Source: Candidatus Latescibacterota bacterium (GTDB lineage Bacteria > Latescibacterota > UBA2968 > GCA-2709665). From it: a DNA stretch of 33,276 nt. Position 1 is the stretch's first letter; every line of letters begins with the position of its first letter. The translations under genes were made by a program, and so were the position numbers. Below, piece by piece: positions 1 to 8,902 of this stretch. The notes beneath the pieces were generated by a model, which saw nothing but the letters and a program-made list of their open reading frames with translations, did not search any database and was not told the origin of the DNA. Where the stretch lies: NCBI GenBank assembly GCA_963662665.2, contig CAXXJS010000045.1, forward strand, positions 1 to 33,276, written 5' to 3'.

Positions 1-74
1 ATTTCACTCACAAACCTGCCGCGAAAGGAAACGCGACGCTGGGCGAGCCCGTAAAGAAAATCCGGATCAGGAGA

Positions 75-485
75 GTGGACACTTCGCTCCCGCTACCGCG
101 CCATCAGACGCCGGGCTCGGTTGGATTCGATCTGCTTTGTCGAAAGGACGTTCTCGTTCCGCCGGGTGAAATTCGTCTTGTTCCAGTCAATCTCATCGTT
201 GCGGTTCCCCCCGGGTATATGCTCCTGCTCGCCGCCCGCAGCAGCCTGCCGTCCAAGAAGGGTCTGATGGTACCGAATGGCGTGGGGATCGTCGATCAGG
301 ATTACCGTGGCCCCAATGATGAGATCCACGTCCAGGTCTACAACTTCACGGGCCGTCCGGTGAGCGTACGGCGCAGCGAGCGGCTCGCACAGGGCATTTT
401 CGTCAGTATCGTCCAGGCCGAATGGGAGGAAACAGGCTGCCTGGACGCACCGGACCGGGGCGGATTCGGCAGCACCGGAGAATAG
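75..485 (+). CDS. dut: dUTP diphosphatase (trimeric dUTPase); true start probably upstream (CTG at 39 or beyond the window edge)
   Basis: All five dUTPase motifs are present: GSVGFDL, ARSS, GIVDQDYRG, RLAQ and the C-terminal RGGFGSTG. The frame is open upstream and encodes KKIRIRRVD. Confidence 0.93.
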   Translation: MDTSLPLPRHQTPGSVGFDLLCRKDVLVPPGEIRLVPVNLIVAVPPGYMLLLAARSSLPSKKGLMVPNGVGIVDQDYRGPNDEIHVQVYNFTGRPVSVRRSERLAQGIFVSIVQAEWEETGCLDAPDRGGFGSTGE

Positions 486-513
486 CGTTCCCCGTGCGGG
501 AGCTCCGGTTCCT

Positions 514-665
514 CTAGTGTACTGTCCCAGAAATAAGTTGCCTGAATTCGGCCGTCGAGTCGCCCGTCTCGCAAGGCGCCTCCGACCTGGGCAGGTCGGC
601 CTAACGTAGCAAGACGGGATGAATCGGCGTCCAAATGGTGATGTATTTGGGGGACAGGACACCAG
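514..665. mobile_element. MITE-like element, family A, full-length copy (152 bp)
   Basis: 22-bp terminal inverted repeats CTAGTGTACTGTCCCAGAAATA (514-535) and TATTTGGGGGACAGGACACCAG (644-665), 18/22 match. Related copies lie at 24801-24875 and about 16298-16423. Confidence 0.7.
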
Positions 666-703
666 ATCCGGATTTGTCAGTAATCACCCACGAGAGTCGA
701 ATA

Positions 704-1927
704 ATGGCACGTCAATTCAACATACCTGATTTCTACAAGAGCCCCGTAATTTCACGTGTGAAGGCATTCAGGCAGATGCAGGACATGCGAAAACGGGATC
801 TCTCGCCTTCAGTGCTCGACTTCGGCCCGGTCAGGTTTCTGCTGGCGAGGCACTTCGGGTTCTGCTTCGGCGTGGAAAACGCCATCGAAATCGCTTACAA
901 GACCCTGGAGGAGCACCCGGATCAACGCATCTTCTTCCTCAACGAAATGATCCACAACCCCAACGTAAACAACGACCTGAAGGACCGGGGCGTTCAGTTC
1001 ATATTTGACCCGTACGGAATACAACTCATCCCATGGGATCACCTTGAACCGGAAGATATCGTCGTGGTGCCTGCTTTTGGCACCACACTGGAAATTCAGG
1101 AAGCCCTTGCCGCCCGTGGCATCGACGCTTATACCTACAACACGACCTGTCCGTTTGTGGAGCGAGTCTGGAATCGGAGCGCCAAACTGGGTGATACCGG
1201 ATTCTCCGTGGTCGTACACGGAAACGATTCCCACCAGGAGACCCGCGCCACCTTCTCCCACAGCGTACGAAACGCACCCACGGTTGTGGTCATGGACCTG
1301 GAAGAGTCCCACATTCTTGCCGACGTCATCCGTGGCACGGCAGACCGCGACGTTTTCTTCGAGCGCTTTGGACACAAGTGCTCGGCAGGCTTCGACCCGG
1401 ACCGCCACCTTTTGCGCATCGGCATCGTCAATCAAACCACCATGCTGGCCACCGAAACACGACACATCGCGAAAATCCTGCGCGACGCCCTGGCGGACCG
1501 TTACGGTGAGGATAACTTACGGAACCACTTCGCCGACACCTCGGATACCCTCTGCTACGCGACAAATGAGAACCAGAACGCAACGTACGTCCTCGTCGAG
1601 CAGGACGCCGACGTGGCGCTCGTCGTGGGCGGCTACAACTCCTCCAACACGTCACACATCGTGGAACTCTGCATTGAACAGATGCCCACTTACTTTATCA
1701 AGGACGCGGAAGAGATCCGCTCGGAATCCGAAATCCGCCATTTCGACCTGGCAACAAAAAAAACCGCCGTTGCAACGGACTGGCTGCCTGACAATCGCCC
1801 GCTTACGGTGGCATTGACGTCCGGCGCCTCTTGCCCCGACGCCATTGTAGACGCTGTACTGCTGCGCGTACTCTCCTTTTTCGACCCCGCCCGAACCCTC
1901 GACGAAGTTCTCGCCGGGTACGCGTGA
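704..1927 (+). CDS. ispH: 4-hydroxy-3-methylbut-2-enyl diphosphate reductase (IspH/LytB), long form
   Basis: Three Fe-S cysteines in FGFCFGV, TTCPFV and TLCYAT, plus NQTT, VVGGYNSSNT and TSGASCPD. ATG 704 is preferred because the ORF-track start at 635 lies inside the MITE. Confidence 0.93.
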   Translation: MARQFNIPDFYKSPVISRVKAFRQMQDMRKRDLSPSVLDFGPVRFLLARHFGFCFGVENAIEIAYKTLEEHPDQRIFFLNEMIHNPNVNNDLKDRGVQFIFDPYGIQLIPWDHLEPEDIVVVPAFGTTLEIQEALAARGIDAYTYNTTCPFVERVWNRSAKLGDTGFSVVVHGNDSHQETRATFSHSVRNAPTVVVMDLEESHILADVIRGTADRDVFFERFGHKCSAGFDPDRHLLRIGIVNQTTMLATETRHIAKILRDALADRYGEDNLRNHFADTSDTLCYATNENQNATYVLVEQDADVALVVGGYNSSNTSHIVELCIEQMPTYFIKDAEEIRSESEIRHFDLATKKTAVATDWLPDNRPLTVALTSGASCPDAIVDAVLLRVLSFFDPARTLDEVLAGYA

Positions 1928-1948
1928 ACGGCCCGTTCGGTAAACGGC

Positions 1949-3181
1949 TCAAATGGACGTTAACGGGCCGAGCGCAACCATCGCCGGTTCACCGTCGAGA
2001 GGAAACCGCTCCAGATATTCGGCGATCCGTTCCGGCGTAACCGCGTCGATTTCCGCCAGTTCCTCTTCCAGTGTTTTCAGCGGCGTACCGGTACTCAGAC
2101 TTCCCACGATCTGCGAGAAGCGCCTGAGCCCGTGCTCCCCGCCGGTGACGAGCGCCGTTGCCTGCTTCGTTCGCGAGCGCGCGAGGGCGTCTGCGTCCAC
2201 TCCCCGCTTCAATTCGTCCATTTCCCGCCTTAAGATCTCCAGAACCTGCGGGACGTTTTCCGGATCGACAGAGATGTAAACGTAGAACAGCCCAGTATCG
2301 CTGAATCCGCAAAAATCCGCGGAAGCCTCGTCAGCCAGTCCCCTTTGAACAACCGACCAGAACAGCCGGCTGTTGCTGGCCGAGCCCAGATAATGGGCAA
2401 GCAGATCGGCTGTCGTCGCCCAATCATCCGAGTCGCAGGGAGCGGGATACGCCATGGCGATGTGCTCCCGGATCACGTTAGGACGCTCCAGCACGCGCCT
2501 GGATGACCGGAACGTTGGCGCCGCCTGCTCCCGGATCGCCTCGACGGGTTCCCAGTCGCCGCAATGCGTTTCAGCCACGCGAATCATCTCATCGCGATCG
2601 AATCTTCCGGTAATCACCATCGTCATATTATCCGGTGCATATCGCTTTCGGAAATAGGCCGCCATCTGCTCCCGCGAGACTGACCCGACGGTGTCTTCCG
2701 TTCCCAGTACGCTCTGCCCGAGCGGATGCCCCGCGAACGCTTCCTGGATCAATTCGTCGATAATCAGCGCATCGGGGCGGTCACGATACATTGCGATTTC
2801 TTCCAGGATGACTTTCTTCTCCATATCGAACTGGTCTTCCGGGAGCGTCGACCGCATCATGTCGGCCAGAATCTCAGCTGAATTCGCCGCCCGTTCGCTC
2901 TGTATCCAATGAAAATAGGCGGTACCCTCCCACCATGTATACGCATTCCACATCGCGCCAAGATCGTCAACGTCCAGGCTCAGCTGGCGCCAATCCCGTT
3001 TGGCCGTGCCCTTGAAACACATGTGTTCCAGGAAATGCGACACACCGGCCAGTTCGGCGGGCTCGTCGCGCGAACCGGTATGTACAAAGAATCCGAGGGC
3101 CGCCGAGTTGATTCTGGGAATCGATTCAAATACGAGTTTGAGACCGTTACCGAGCGTATGAGTGGAGAAAGGTGACTGCAT
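1949..3181 (-). CDS. M16B zinc peptidase, catalytic subunit
   Basis: GSRDE...GVSHFLEHMCFKGT (inverted HXXEH), NAYT, VILEE distal Glu and SRLF..V..RGL. Confidence 0.9.
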   Translation of the reverse strand: MQSPFSTHTLGNGLKLVFESIPRINSAALGFFVHTGSRDEPAELAGVSHFLEHMCFKGTAKRDWRQLSLDVDDLGAMWNAYTWWEGTAYFHWIQSERAANSAEILADMMRSTLPEDQFDMEKKVILEEIAMYRDRPDALIIDELIQEAFAGHPLGQSVLGTEDTVGSVSREQMAAYFRKRYAPDNMTMVITGRFDRDEMIRVAETHCGDWEPVEAIREQAAPTFRSSRRVLERPNVIREHIAMAYPAPCDSDDWATTADLLAHYLGSASNSRLFWSVVQRGLADEASADFCGFSDTGLFYVYISVDPENVPQVLEILRREMDELKRGVDADALARSRTKQATALVTGGEHGLRRFSQIVGSLSTGTPLKTLEEELAEIDAVTPERIAEYLERFPLDGEPAMVALGPLTSI

Positions 3182-3211
3182 GGAAATCTCCCGGGAATAT
3201 GCCTGTCGCTG

Positions 3212-4450
3212 CTATACGTCCAGGGCCCTGGGCCCCAGGGTCACGAGCGTCGCCGGCGACGGTGGGAACGCCTCGAGACAGGCTGGCACCTGCTCCAGTT
3301 TCACACTGTCGATTCCTCCGGCAATCTGCCGAATCGAACGCGGGCGCCCATCCAGAAAAAGGCCATCCATCATACTGCCCACGCGACCTTCCGGCAAATC
3401 GCCCGTTGTGAACAACTGGCCCTTCAGAACGGTCTTTGCCCGGTCGAGTTCGTCCTGCGTCAGGTCTTCCGCAATTCGCCGTACCTCCCGCCTGCACACC
3501 TGAAGGGTCTCGTCCGCTCTGTCGGCGGTCGTGCCGGCATACAGTGCAATCAGACCGCCGCCTCGACGCGCCCGATAGAAGGCCGAGACGCTGTATGCCA
3601 ACCCGCGCTTCTCCCGCACCTCGGTAAAGAGGCGGCTGGATCCGCTGCCGGAGAGTACAGCCACCGCGAGTTGGGCGGGATAGTAGAGTGCGTGGCCACG
3701 CGGCGCCGCTTCGAAAAGAAGCCCGATGTGGGCCTGTTCGGACCGTTTGGAATGGTGTACCGCCCTGTCTGCCACCGAAATCGGGTGCGGATCCTCCCGC
3801 GGGGGTCCGGTTTTTTGCCAGTTGCCGAACGCCTCGTCCACTGCCCGGAACATCTCATCCGCCTCCAAACCGCCGGCCACCGAGACCAGAAGACGTTGCG
3901 GGCCACAGAACCGCCGCCAGAAATCGCGCACGCTCGCCGGGACGATCTTTGCGACTGTCGCTGCCTCTCCCAACGGATTGCGTCCCATCGGATCGCCTAA
4001 CCCGACCCGATAGGTCATATTCAGAACCTGATGTGTCGGATTGTCGTCCAGACGCTTCAGTTCCTCGAGCGCGAGCATTTTCGCCACTTCAACGTGATCG
4101 TCGGGAAAGGATGCGCTCCGAAACACCTCGGCGTAAAGTTTCAAACCGTCCACGAAATATCTCGGCAAGAGTTGCACCTGGAACTCCGTGAACTCGACCG
4201 CCGTGGCCGAGCCGCGCCGCGCACCCAGGAAATCGAAGGCATCGTAGATCGAACGCGCATCGCGCGTGGGCGTGCCCTTCAAGAGCGTTTCTTCGGCAAC
4301 CCAGGCCATTCCCAGGCGGTCGACCGGGTCGTCCTTGGCCCCGAAACCGAACCTGAACGCAACCACAACCGATTGGGCGCCGGGCATGGATTCGGCGACA
4401 ACTTCAATCCCATTCTTCAGGGTACGTCGCTTCGGTTCAATTGAATGCAT
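3212..4450 (-). CDS. M16 family peptidase homolog lacking HXXEH (non-catalytic partner subunit)
   Basis: M16 fold signatures (LKNG, GAKDDP, KGT, SSRLFTEVREKRGLAYSV) are present, but the zinc motif reads WVAEE. It lies 30 bp upstream of the active paralog. Confidence 0.87.
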   Translation of the reverse strand: MHSIEPKRRTLKNGIEVVAESMPGAQSVVVAFRFGFGAKDDPVDRLGMAWVAEETLLKGTPTRDARSIYDAFDFLGARRGSATAVEFTEFQVQLLPRYFVDGLKLYAEVFRSASFPDDHVEVAKMLALEELKRLDDNPTHQVLNMTYRVGLGDPMGRNPLGEAATVAKIVPASVRDFWRRFCGPQRLLVSVAGGLEADEMFRAVDEAFGNWQKTGPPREDPHPISVADRAVHHSKRSEQAHIGLLFEAAPRGHALYYPAQLAVAVLSGSGSSRLFTEVREKRGLAYSVSAFYRARRGGGLIALYAGTTADRADETLQVCRREVRRIAEDLTQDELDRAKTVLKGQLFTTGDLPEGRVGSMMDGLFLDGRPRSIRQIAGGIDSVKLEQVPACLEAFPPSPATLVTLGPRALDV

Positions 4451-4648
4451 AGCCACTCTTCCATTGGAAAGGTCAGGCGAGAACCCGGCTCCGTCTGACA
4501 GATCGGTAAAAAAACAGAAGACTGAATATAGGTTACTGAGTGCGTAAGCGAAAGCGAAACATTGCGCAAAAATGCAAATTCACCCGGTTCAAGAGCTCCT
4601 CGTCCCCCACGGCCTGCCGTGGCGGGACCCCTCGTTCTATCTTTCCAC

Positions 4649-4677
4649 TTGACACAGGCCAACCCATTGGCTAATTT
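4649..4677 (+). promoter_or_regulatory. sigma70-type promoter of the lysine-riboswitch operon
   Basis: TTGACA (4649-4654), 17-nt spacer, TAATTT (4672-4677), directly upstream of the riboswitch. Confidence 0.7.
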
Positions 4678-4692
4678 GTTCCTTTCCGAAAG

Positions 4693-4869
4693 GCAAGGGT
4701 AGAGGCGCAGATTTTCAAGAGTACCCGGTGAATACGAGGCGTAACCATCGCACCGGCGAAAGGGAAAATCTGCCGAAGTCCCGAATCTGCTCCGCCGCAG
4801 ACAGGGGCTGGTCCAGAAGGATAAAATCCGCTGGACTGTCACGGAATTCTCCGTGGAGTGCTCTCTTGC
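4693..4869 (+). promoter_or_regulatory. Lysine riboswitch (L-box) aptamer
   Basis: Conserved L-box segments in the right order: AGAGGCGC, AAGAGTA, GAAAGG, GCCGAA, GCTGG, ACTGTC, GGAGTGCT. P1 pairs GCAAGGG with CTCTTGC. It sits directly upstream of dapA. Confidence 0.9.
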
Positions 4870-4890
4870 GCCCTCCATGCTGGAACTTGC

Positions 4891-4936
4891 ACGGCCGGCC
4901 TTGCCTCCATCCCCTCGGGAACCGGCTGTTTTTTTT
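4891..4936 (+). terminator. Intrinsic terminator in the riboswitch expression platform
   Basis: Stem ACGGCCGG (4891-4898) with CCGGCTGT (4922-4929), ending in an 8-T run (4929-4936), between the aptamer and the dapA RBS. Confidence 0.75.
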
Positions 4937-4990
4937 GCTTAACCCTGACGGGTGATCCGGTTCCCCCCATTTTAATCTGGAGGTGAACCC

Positions 4991-6028
4991 ATGTTATTCA
5001 GCGGATGTTACACGGCCCTCATTACACCCCTGGACCCGGACAAGGGCGTGGACGAACCCGGGCTGGAAAAACTGGTCGATTTCCAGGTCTCACAGGGCGT
5101 AAGCGGCGTCCTCGCCGTGGGCACGACCGGTGAGAGTCCCACCCTGAACGGCAAAGAACACAATAGCGTGACGGAACGGGTCTGCGCCCTGGCCAGAGGG
5201 AATTGCCGCGCTATTGCCGGCACCGGCGGGAATTCAACCGAGGAAACCCTGCGCGCTACCGAACACGCCGCGCACGCGGGAGCCGATACCGCCCTTCTTG
5301 TGGACCCCTACTACAACGGCCCCAGTTCACTTGAGATTCGACGCGAATACGTCGCGCCCGTTGCCGAGGCCTTTCCGGAACTCGAAATGGTCTCCTACGT
5401 GATTCCGGGCCGCTCGGGAACGAAACTGCTCCCCGAAGATCTGGCCATTCTGCACCGGGACTACGGGAACGTCAACGCCGTCAAAGAAGCCACGGGCGAC
5501 CTGGACAATATGGCCCGGACGCGTGAAGTCTGCGGGGACGATTTCTACGTCCTTTCCGGTGACGACGACGTCACCTACGACATGATGACAGACCCCCGAA
5601 TCAGGGCGACCGGCGTTATCTCAGTAATGTCCAACGTGGTCCCCGGCCCCATTCAGGGTTTCACGCAAGCGATCCTCGATAACGATATGGTTGAGGCAGA
5701 TCGCCTGGCCGAAGCGCTCAAGCCGCTTTTTGGAATGGTCACCATTCTGTCCGAAGAACACACTCCCTTCGGAACGACACAGGTCAAGGCCCGCAATCCC
5801 GTGCCAATCAAGACATTGATGAATATTCTCGGCATGCCGGCCGGTCCGCGCCGACGGCCGCTGGGAAGGATGAATCAGAGCGGCCTGAAACAGGTCCTTG
5901 AAATCGCACGAACCGTGCAGAATGACAACCCGGAACTCTTTGCTCCAATCGAGCAATTCTTCAACGTCGACATAACAAACCGTGTCACCGGCGCCTCAAT
6001 TCCGGAGGGCCTGGCGTACGTAGACTGA
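4991..6028 (+). CDS. dapA: 4-hydroxy-tetrahydrodipicolinate synthase
   Basis: TALITP, GTTGESPTL, PYY, Y..PGRSG, Schiff-base Lys in AVKEATG, SGDD, ISV and NPVPIK. RBS GGAGG; lysine riboswitch upstream. Confidence 0.92.
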   Translation: MLFSGCYTALITPLDPDKGVDEPGLEKLVDFQVSQGVSGVLAVGTTGESPTLNGKEHNSVTERVCALARGNCRAIAGTGGNSTEETLRATEHAAHAGADTALLVDPYYNGPSSLEIRREYVAPVAEAFPELEMVSYVIPGRSGTKLLPEDLAILHRDYGNVNAVKEATGDLDNMARTREVCGDDFYVLSGDDDVTYDMMTDPRIRATGVISVMSNVVPGPIQGFTQAILDNDMVEADRLAEALKPLFGMVTILSEEHTPFGTTQVKARNPVPIKTLMNILGMPAGPRRRPLGRMNQSGLKQVLEIARTVQNDNPELFAPIEQFFNVDITNRVTGASIPEGLAYVD

Positions 6029-6080
6029 CAGCCCGTTGAAAAAGACCATCCGGTCTGCAAAGCAGCTTTTCAACGGACTG
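6029..6080. repeat. Short inverted-repeat element (MITE-like family B, mini copy)
   Basis: CAGCCCGTTGAAAAAG (6029-6044) and CTTTTCAACGGACTG (6066-6080); same termini as the element at 23233-23384. Confidence 0.55.
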
Positions 6081-6108
6081 CTAACCCCTGAATCCTGGAA
6101 GGAGTAGA

Positions 6109-7902
6109 ATGGGAACGACAAGAACCACGAATCGCAAACTGTTGAACTGGGTCAACGAAGCCTCGAAACTCTGTCAACCCGATAACGTCCACTGGAGCGA
6201 CGGTACCGCGGAAGAGTACGATCGGCTTGCCGAATTGCTCTGTCGTGCCGGCACCTTTGTGCGACTGGACCCGGAAAGGCGTCCTAACAGTTTTCTTGCC
6301 CGGTCGGATGCCGGCGACGTTGCCCGCGTGGAAGACCGCACATACATATGCACAACGGATGAAGGGGACGTGGGACCCACCAACAACTGGCGAGAGCCCG
6401 TTGAGATGAAAGGCGTTCTCGAGGGACTGTTCGCAGGTTCGATGCGCGGCCGGACGATGTACGTCATCCCGTTTTCCATGGGCCCCATCGGTTCGTCGAA
6501 TTCCAAGATCGGCGTGGAGATCTCGGACTCGCCGTACGTGGTGTGCAGTATGTACATCATGACCCGAACGGGCGACGCCGTGCTGGACGCCCTGGGCGAC
6601 GGCGACTTCCTTCCCTGCATGCATTCCGTAGGCGCCCCGCTCGAGCCGGGGCAGAAAGACGTCTCCTGGCCTTGCGACGCGGATCGGAAATATATCGTAC
6701 ACTTTCCCGATGAGCCCTCCATCTGGTCCTACGGCTCCGGGTACGGCGGAAACGCCCTTCTTGGCAAAAAATGTTTCGCCCTCCGCATCGCGTCGACCAT
6801 GGCGCGTGACGAGGGCTGGATGGCCGAGCACATGCTCATTCTGGGCCTCACGTCACCCGGGAACAGAAAACATTACGTTGGCGCCGCCTTTCCGTCCGCG
6901 TGCGGCAAGACGAACCTGGCCATGCTGCAGCCAACGGTTCCCGGCTGGAAAGCCAATTGCGTTGGCGACGATATCGCGTGGATGCGCCAGGGGCCCGACG
7001 GCAGGCTCCACGCGATCAACCCGGAAGCCGGATTCTTCGGCGTCGCCCCCGGCACCAGCCTGAAATCCAATGGTCACGCCATGGCCGCCCTTGAAAAGAA
7101 CGCCATCTTCACGAACACGGCGCTAACCCCTGAAGGCGACGTCTGGTGGGAAGAGATGACAGACGATCCACCGCCTCAGCTGGAAGATTGGCTCAAGCGT
7201 GTCTGGACCCCGGCGGCGGAAGGCACGGCCTCCAATCCAAACGCCAGATACACGGCCCCCGCCGCTCAGTGCCCCGTGATCGACCCCGAGTGGGAAAATC
7301 CCGATGGCGTCCCCATGTCCGCTTTTATTTTTGGCGGCCGCCGTTCATCGGTCGTCCCACTGGTTTTCGAAGCGACAGACTGGCGACACGGCGTCTTCCT
7401 GGGTTCCATCATGGCCTCCGAAACCACGGCCGCCGCCGCCGGCGCCGTGGGAAAACTTCGACGAGATCCCTTTGCGATGCTTCCATTTTGCGGCTATAAT
7501 ATGGGCGACTATTTCAAACACTGGTTCGAAATGGGCGCCAGGCTGGGCGACAACGCGCCCAGAATCTTCTACGTGAACTGGTTCCGCAAAGACGCGGAGG
7601 GGAATTGGCTCTGGCCCGGTTTCGGCGAGAACAGCCGTGTGCTCAAGTGGATCTGTGAACGTATAGACGGTACGGCGGACGCCGTGGAAACCCCGATTGG
7701 CTACGTACCCACGCCGGAAGCCCTGGACCTCAGCGGCCTGGACGTCCCGAAAGCCGACGTTGAGGAACTGCTTTGCGTGGATTCGGATGCCTGGCGCGCC
7801 GAACTGCCCGAAATCCGCGAGTTCTACGCCGGCTTCGGAGACCGGCTGCCTGCGGTCCTGTCGACCGAACTCAACGCCCTCGAGGAACGGCTGAGCGCTT
7901 GA
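6109..7902 (+). CDS. pckG: Phosphoenolpyruvate carboxykinase (GTP)
   Basis: [40 protein letters not shown]-loop [37 protein letters not shown] and NWFRK. Confidence 0.96.
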   Translation: MGTTRTTNRKLLNWVNEASKLCQPDNVHWSDGTAEEYDRLAELLCRAGTFVRLDPERRPNSFLARSDAGDVARVEDRTYICTTDEGDVGPTNNWREPVEMKGVLEGLFAGSMRGRTMYVIPFSMGPIGSSNSKIGVEISDSPYVVCSMYIMTRTGDAVLDALGDGDFLPCMHSVGAPLEPGQKDVSWPCDADRKYIVHFPDEPSIWSYGSGYGGNALLGKKCFALRIASTMARDEGWMAEHMLILGLTSPGNRKHYVGAAFPSACGKTNLAMLQPTVPGWKANCVGDDIAWMRQGPDGRLHAINPEAGFFGVAPGTSLKSNGHAMAALEKNAIFTNTALTPEGDVWWEEMTDDPPPQLEDWLKRVWTPAAEGTASNPNARYTAPAAQCPVIDPEWENPDGVPMSAFIFGGRRSSVVPLVFEATDWRHGVFLGSIMASETTAAAAGAVGKLRRDPFAMLPFCGYNMGDYFKHWFEMGARLGDNAPRIFYVNWFRKDAEGNWLWPGFGENSRVLKWICERIDGTADAVETPIGYVPTPEALDLSGLDVPKADVEELLCVDSDAWRAELPEIREFYAGFGDRLPAVLSTELNALEERLSA

Positions 7903-7992
7903 CGGCACGTTGAAAATGTCCATCCGGACCGGTGGCGGACGTCCCTGCCCGGTGCGTCTTTCCCGCTCGGGCAATTCTACCGGAGAAACACC

Positions 7993-8799
7993 ATGACAAA
8001 GCTTGTAATCTGCGGCATCGCGGGCAAGATGTGCGGCCGTATCGCGCACCTGGCTATGGAAACCGACGATTTGAAGATCGCGGGCGGCGTGGAAGCGCCT
8101 GGTAATCCGTGCATCGGCCGGGATATCGGCGACGTTGTGGGGACCGCGCGGGCCGGTTTTGCAGTTGTCGACAACCTGGAATCCGTCATAGAAAACGCCG
8201 ACGTGGTCGTTGCCTTCACCGCGCCCCCCGACGGAACGCTCGACGCCGCACGGACCGCCGGCGAAGCCGGAAGGCCAATGGTAGTTGGCACCACAGGCAT
8301 GTCCGCCAGCCAGCTTGCGGATTTTCAGAATGCGCTCAGGGACGTCGCCTGCGTCTTTGCGCCCAGCTTCAGCATAGGCGTGACCGTACTCACCAAACTG
8401 GTCGAAGACGCCGCGCGCATGATGGGTAGCGGTTACGACGTGGAAATTGTGGAGGCACACCACCATTTCAAAACCGACGCGCCCAGCGGCACCGCCCTGG
8501 CGCTGGCCAATGCCGCTGCAACGGGCCTGGATCGAAACCTGGAGGATGTAGCGCTATTCGGCCGACAGGGAGAAACAGGCGCCCGCACCAGCGAGGAAAT
8601 CGGCATCCACGCCATCCGCGCGGGAGACCTCGCGGGAGAACATACGGTCATCTTTGGCGGCACCGGCGAACTCTTCCAGCTCGTCCACCGTGCGCAGTCC
8701 CGGGATTCCTACGGCGTGGGCGTGCTGCAGGCCATCCGTTACGTAGTAAACGCGCCCCCCGGACTATTCAACATGAGGGACGTGCTTGGCATTGAATGA
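7993..8799 (+). CDS. dapB: 4-hydroxy-tetrahydrodipicolinate reductase
   Basis: G.AGKM Rossmann start, VGTTG, substrate loop EAHHHFKTDAPSGTA and GEHTVIF. Confidence 0.94.
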   Translation: MTKLVICGIAGKMCGRIAHLAMETDDLKIAGGVEAPGNPCIGRDIGDVVGTARAGFAVVDNLESVIENADVVVAFTAPPDGTLDAARTAGEAGRPMVVGTTGMSASQLADFQNALRDVACVFAPSFSIGVTVLTKLVEDAARMMGSGYDVEIVEAHHHFKTDAPSGTALALANAAATGLDRNLEDVALFGRQGETGARTSEEIGIHAIRAGDLAGEHTVIFGGTGELFQLVHRAQSRDSYGVGVLQAIRYVVNAPPGLFNMRDVLGIE

Positions 8800-8902
8800 T
8801 GTTTCTCCGGCATACGGTGGACAACAGACCGCCCATCCGTCCGGCGGCGGGTCGTAAGCAGCGCCGTCTCACGTCCAGTGCGATGAAAAGGGAGGCCCCA
8901 GA

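Noticed and set aside
513-666. Long hairpin with a central bubble resembling 6S RNA
   Set aside because: The closing stem recurs at 24801-24875 and 16402-16423, so terminal inverted repeats of a MITE explain it better. No promoter is evident.
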